A stretch of 64,000 nt of DNA, taken from NCBI GenBank assembly GCA_951406725.2, contig OX597816.1, positions 169,694,001 to 169,758,000 on the forward strand, written 5' to 3'. Source of the DNA: Octopus vulgaris. Its lineage: Eukaryota. Position numbers and translations under genes: made by a program. The notes under the pieces are model-generated. The model was not told where the DNA came from and searched no databases. It saw only the letters and a list, made by a program, of their open reading frames with translations. Below, in pieces: positions 58,760-64,000 of this stretch. How positions within the stretch are numbered: position 1 is the stretch's first letter; each line of letters starts with the position of its first letter.

Positions 58760-60297
58760 TCTAGTTAAGAAGAGATAAAGGAGGTAGGGGCTTGAGATCG
58801 GTGCAGACAGCCTTCAACTGTCACGTAGTCTCCCCCCAAAAACACTTGCTAAACAACTGCAGCAAAAATAAACAAGTTAACTTAGTACTGAAAACTGAAG
58901 AACACAATATCCTACGTATTGAAAATGAGATCCTCAGCTAATACTCTTTTCCTGGTCCTGATGACCTCCCATACAACCCCAGATTTGTCGGATAGCAAAG
59001 AAGGCCTGAAAGTGAAACGCTCAACATACTAGGAAGAGACCATGTATGGGTGTGTTTCTTGTAGACTTAAAAAAGATAGTAACATTGGCATGAAGCGAAG
59101 CCTCTCCTGAATCCGTGGCCACCCAAAAATTTTATATGAACCCTCAGGTTAAGAACCCCAGCTGTAGATCAATAATATTCATTTCCTTATTCGGATTGCT
59201 CAAATAGAGATGAACCTGACTATTTTAACGTTTCTAAATGCTTCATCTCATATTTGTGATCATTTTTCTGACAACATAGGTGCAGGGGTAGCTGTGTGAG
59301 AAGAAGATTCCTTCCCACCCACATGGTTCCGGATTCAGTCCCAATGCGTGGCACTACGTCACATCACACTTCGAAGGCTATGCATTTGAAATCCAAGAAC
59401 AGGAGATTGCTAATAAATACTTAATCAACAGAAGAGATAATGAAGCCCTCGGAATTTCAAGATTCAACTGTACATGTAGATTATGTCATAGTTCTATGGA
59501 AGGCATCCCACATGTGATTAGCAGCCGCTCCAAAATCTCATCAAAGTATTACCTCCTTATACGACATAACATTGTCGCAAAAACAATATACAATACCTAT
59601 TTCTTTACTACCCACAAGGGGCTAAACACAGAGGGGACAAATAAGGAGAGACAAACGGATATATCGACTATATCGACTCCAGTGCGTAACTGGTACTTAA
59701 TTTATCGACCCCGAAAGGGTGGAAGGCAAAGTCGACCTCGTTGGAATTTGAACTCAGAACGTAACGGCAGACGAAATACTGCTAAGCACTTCGCTCGGCG
59801 TGCTAACGTTTCTGCCAGCTCGCCGCCTTTACAATATACAATACCACTCGGAAAAAAAGACTGCCTTGGAATAATTATAGAGGATCCCTCTGTAATTGAA
59901 TACATACACAAATACCAGCACAAGGAATACTGGTGGAACGTTCCCATGTAATCATCTGTCAAGTGTAAGCATAATAAGCTGGATATTGTAGTTTGGGACA
60001 GAAAAGAAGAAGTATGTACCGTCATAAGGGTCAGCTGTCCTGATGATGTGAATGTCTCTTTGAAAATCAAAGACAAAGAAAATAACTACGGACAATTGCT
60101 TTGAAATATCCAGCTTCTATATCCAGGTTACAAATTTGCATTTATACCAATAATAATTTGAGCTCTTGGTTTTGTAAGTAAATGCCTGTCAGTCTAGATA
60201 AGATTGGATTTTTAGAAAAATAAATCAACCACATTACAAATAAAATCTGTAAGCGAAATAGTAAAAATATGCGAGATTTTTCTCGTATTTTAGATGT
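58760..60297 (+). mobile_element. RLE-type (R4-like) LINE C-terminal fossil, copy 2, with two insertions
   Basis: Encodes GGRGLRS...FEIQEQEIANKY...CRLCHSSMEGIPHVIS...EYWWNVP...HNKLDIVVWD...VSCPDDVN...KENNYG. Confidence 0.78.
59599..59828 (-). mobile_element. SINE family B with 15-bp TSD, inside the LINE
   Basis: TSD acaatatacaatacc (59583/59831). Confidence 0.9.
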
Positions 60298-60453
60298 AAC
60301 ATTGTTTTCGTTATCTACATTTCAAAGATGGAGCTTTGTTTTTTTTTTTTTTAGAAACCAGCTCCGTTTTCAGAGGAAGAATTGAAATGATTAAATACAG
60401 AAGAGACATACATACACGGTCACTCACGCACATGTATTATTGTACGATGAGCT

Positions 60454-60496
60454 TTACTAGCTTCAGCTCTACATATACTAAAATTGGAACGCACAG
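60454..60496 (+). pseudogene. U6 snRNA 5' fragment
   Basis: acatatactaaaattggaacg is 21 nt identical to the conserved U6 5' region, preceded by a degenerate 5' stem-loop. The ACAGAGA box and 3' half are absent. Confidence 0.7.
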
Positions 60497-60699
60497 TTTC
60501 ACCCAACCAAATTCACTTATAATACATTCGTTATCCACACTTTCCCGGTCGCAATAGAATACGTCGAAGCTGCTGCGCAGTAGGATTGGATCCGAATCTA
60601 TGTGATTGTGAAGGGAACTCATTAAGCAAATGGTCATTCGTGAATTTAGGTTGATTAAGGACATGAAGTATGTGTTAGTTTAGACTCAATTCGAAAAAC

Positions 60700-61005
60700 A
60701 GACCCTGTAGATCATCTTTTACCTGTGGACCCCTTTAATTCCTGTTTTACTTTGGTGGACCCCCAGAGCCATTCGATGTTGAGAAAATTTTATTGTATTT
60801 TAATAATTAAATATTATCAGGATTTGTATAAAAATTGTTATAAAAGTTTGTGAATTATAGGCGTATAACCAGTTTATTGCACATAAATGTTACTACTCTG
60901 AAGCATAAACTTTTCATAGCCTCTGAAAAATAACTGTAGACCTCCATTTAACTATATTTAACCCGTGGACACCCAAAAATTTTATATGAATTAAGACCCC
61001 CAGCT
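60700..61005. mobile_element. Decayed hAT-like MITE
   Basis: Repeated gtggacccc motifs and a terminal ttaagacccc (ggttaagaacccc in the duplicated copy at 59148). Confidence 0.45.
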
Positions 61006-61337
61006 GTAGATCAATAATATTCGTATCCTTATTCGGATTGCACAAAAAGAGATGAACCCGACTATTTTAACGTTTCCAAGTGCTTCATCTCATATTTGTG
61101 ATCATTTTTCTGACAACATAGTTGCAGGGGTAGCTGTGTGGGAAGAAGTTTCCTTCCCACCCACATGGTTCCGTATTCAGTCCCAATGCGTGGCACTTTG
61201 GGCAAGTGTCTTCTGTTATAGCCTCGGACCGACCCTATAGTCGAAACATAGGTATTCCAGTTCATTACAGAAAAAATATAGCAGAAAAGTCTAATTCTTC
61301 AATTGCATGTAACACGGGCAACACCGGGTATCTCTTA

Positions 61338-61381
<44 letters not shown>

Positions 61382-61586
61382 CAATATGTAAAGGTAAAAT
61401 CCAAGGATCAAGCTGTATGAAGTCGGTAAGCTTCGAGCAGTTCGTAGAAGATATAAAAAACAACTTTCAGGAACAATAGTGGTTTATTGACGTGGAAGGT
61501 TGTAAATTTCTGCCATATCGAAGTTCGGTAAGCTGAAAAAGTTATTTTATAGATCACGGTTAGCAGCAAGGGCTGCTGTGTATGTG

Positions 61587-61617
<31 letters not shown>

Positions 61618-61650
61618 CTTGGTAAAAACGGTAAGATAACGGTACCAAGA

Positions 61651-61706
61651 TAAAGCTCTGAGTTTCGGATGCCGATGGGAAATCCACATCACCATCTCTT
61701 CGGTTA
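61651..61706 (-). ncRNA. Degenerate hammerhead motif (U4C, U16.1C)
   Basis: taa-CCGAAGA-gatg gt gatg...catc gg catc-c-GAAA-ctcagag-CT-tta, next to (TA)n and a PLE RT fragment. Confidence 0.45.
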
Positions 61707-61879
61707 ACTGGCCATATGAAAAACGCTATGAAAAAAGACCGTTATACAAAGGGAAATTACTGTTATAGACCGCTACTTATACAATAGCGCTAATTCGAAT
61801 GACCGCTAATTAAGATAAGGTTAAAAGTTCATAGTAAACACGTAAGCGTGCCTGTTCATACGTATACCAAGGCTAGGCC

Positions 61880-62102
61880 ACAGACCTATAACGAAATTAA
61901 CAAAGAAGCTAGCGTTATCGCCTCTAGACTTAAATTAGATAAAAAAAAAATATGGGTCCTTCCCCCAAAAGAGGCCTTTATTACAATCAAAGACCACAAA
62001 GACAACTTCCTATCCAACCCTAAATGTAGGCTTATCAACCCAGCTAAGTCAGAACTTGGGATTATTAGTAAAGAAATTTTAGGAAAAATAAATGCGAAAA
62101 TT
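61880..62102 (+). mobile_element. Penelope-like RT N-terminal fragment
   Basis: Encodes INKEASVIASRLKLD...EAFITIKDHKDNFLSNPKCRLINPAKSELGIISKEILGKIN. Confidence 0.8.
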
Positions 62103-62160
62103 ATAATTATAATTACAATTATAATGAGGAGAAGAAAAAGAAGAACAACAACACAGCAAC

Positions 62161-62201
<41 letters not shown>

Positions 62202-62695
62202 GGTGGAATGTAGAGTGACTGATCTTTAGGCCTGTACTTATAACGTGTGTGTGTGTATGTGTGTGTATGTATGTATATGCTCTTCAACAGAAAAGACAAG
62301 TTTGAACCAAGTAATTGTTGCGTTCATTTTACATTTATGTATAAGCTATTGGTATGCTGCATTTGTTGTAATTGTCTTTAAAGTCATTCACTTGTATAGT
62401 GTTATTTTGATTATACAAGGAAAGATAGATTTATAACATCTTCTGGGTTGTTAGTACTGAAATTCTCATGTCGAGAATTTTCCATAAAATTTATCTATGT
62501 ATACTAAGATAGTTGTGGAAAACTAATTTCGTGCGTGTGTGCATGTGTGTGAGTGTGTGCGTGTCTGTGTGTGCGCGCATGTATGAGTACATATACATGC
62601 TCACACACACATACACACATATGTATAATGCGAGTTAGAATAACAGTAAAACAGTAAAACAAGTTTGGTGATCCTCATATTCAAGATGTCCACAC

Positions 62696-62857
62696 GAGTG
62701 GCTGTGTGATAAGTAGCTTGCTTACCAACCACATGGTTCCGGATTCAGTCCCACTGCGTGGTACCTTGGGCAAGTGTCTTCTACTATAGCCTCGGGCCGA
62801 CCAAAGTCTTGTGGGTGGATTTGGTAGACGGAAACTGAAAGAAGCCCGTCGTATATG

Positions 62858-62905
<48 letters not shown>

Positions 62906-63329
62906 AATAGAGATAGGGGTTGTCAATGCAACCCTCCATGGGATAACATATATCCAATATACTGCTAGTGAAGTACCCAACAAAGTTAATACATAAATGT
63001 TAAGGATTGCGTTGCAATTACTAATACAAGATAAGAAAATGGAGAAATACATCTAAATCAAATATCAATTACCAGATAATACTCAATCACATACTTTATT
63101 AAACCACCACATATTTATATTCTTTTTTTTTTATATATTCTATTTATTATACAACATTACTCTTTTATGTACACTTTTTTATGTACATTCCTTTATGTAC
63201 ACTGATTTGTTCTGCCTTTTTATGTTTAACCCTACAGTCTCTTATGTGGTGGTTTAATAAAGTATGTGATTGAGTATTATCTGGTAATTGATATTTGATT
63301 TAGATGTATTTCTCCATTTTCTCATCTTG

Positions 63330-63410
<81 letters not shown>

Positions 63411-63600
63411 TTGCCTATCTGTGTTTGTTCCCCAACATCGCTTGACAACCGATGCTGTTGTGTTTACGTCCCCGTAACTTAGCGATTCGGCAAAAGAGAC
63501 CGATAGAATAAGTACTAGGCTTACAAAGAATAAGTCCTGGGGTCGATTTGTTCGACTAAAGGCGGTGCTCCAGCATGGCCACAGTCAAATGACTGAAAAA
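62696..63600 (+). mobile_element. SINE family A split at its central (TA)n by a ~430-bp insert
   Basis: Head at 62696-62852, tail at ~63400-63600. Confidence 0.8.
63024..63332. repeat. Inverted repeat with 90-bp arms
   Basis: 63024-63113 pairs with 63243-63332 (one mismatch). The arm resembles 55681-55760. Confidence 0.88.
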
Positions 63601-63965
63601 AATAAAATTGTAAAAGAGTAATGAAAAGTTTAAGATATGTGAAGATAGACTAGAGTAGCCGAGTGCTGGCTTAGCCCTGCTTAGGCCTGAAAGTTTGTCG
63701 AAGCTCTGAATGTTTATGTTTGGGCAGTTATCTTTGTTTGACTTTCTTTGTTGTCTTTTGTGTTGAAGAAGGTAGATTTTCAGTGCAGGTATAGCGAACC
63801 GTCTCTGTATGTTTCAAAAGACTTTGTCGCATAAATACAAGCCGAGAAAGTACCTCATGAAGTACCTCAATGCGATCACACATATCGAGGCTTTTTCTCC
63901 CGAAAACGGACAATCAAATGCATCAACAGAACACTAGGAAATATCAATATTAAAGTTATTGATAA

Positions 63966-64000
63966 GGCGGCGAGCTGGCAGAATCGTTAGCACGCCGAGC
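63966..64000 (+). mobile_element. SINE family B head (cut by the window end)
   Basis: ggcggcgagctggcagaatcgttagcacgccg. Confidence 0.75.

Overview
AT-rich, microsatellite-saturated animal genomic DNA. The SINE, LINE and Penelope content and the (TA)n/(ATT)n/(ATGT)n load look like a coleoid cephalopod (Octopus-like); this is inference. I can support no intact host protein-coding gene, and most ORF-track entries are translated microsatellites. The window is a nested mosaic of mobile elements: four tRNA-derived SINE families, CR1/RTE/R4-Dong LINE fragments, Penelope-like (PLE) RT and GIY-YIG fragments, an autonomous Helitron fossil with STPR-like repeats, four non-autonomous Helitrons, MITEs, a gag-like ORF1-only element and a U6 fragment. 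The main unexplained signal is a set of eight type I minimal hammerhead ribozyme motifs from about seven sequence families, almost all beside (TA)n tracts. They include an intact canonical core (28336-28378), a G3:C8 compensatory core swap inside a 59-bp inverted repeat (56144-56193), a U4C core recurring in four unrelated families, and a tRNA-headed SINE-like element with a hammerhead in its tail (16052-16418). All motifs were read by eye; no searches or folding programs were run.
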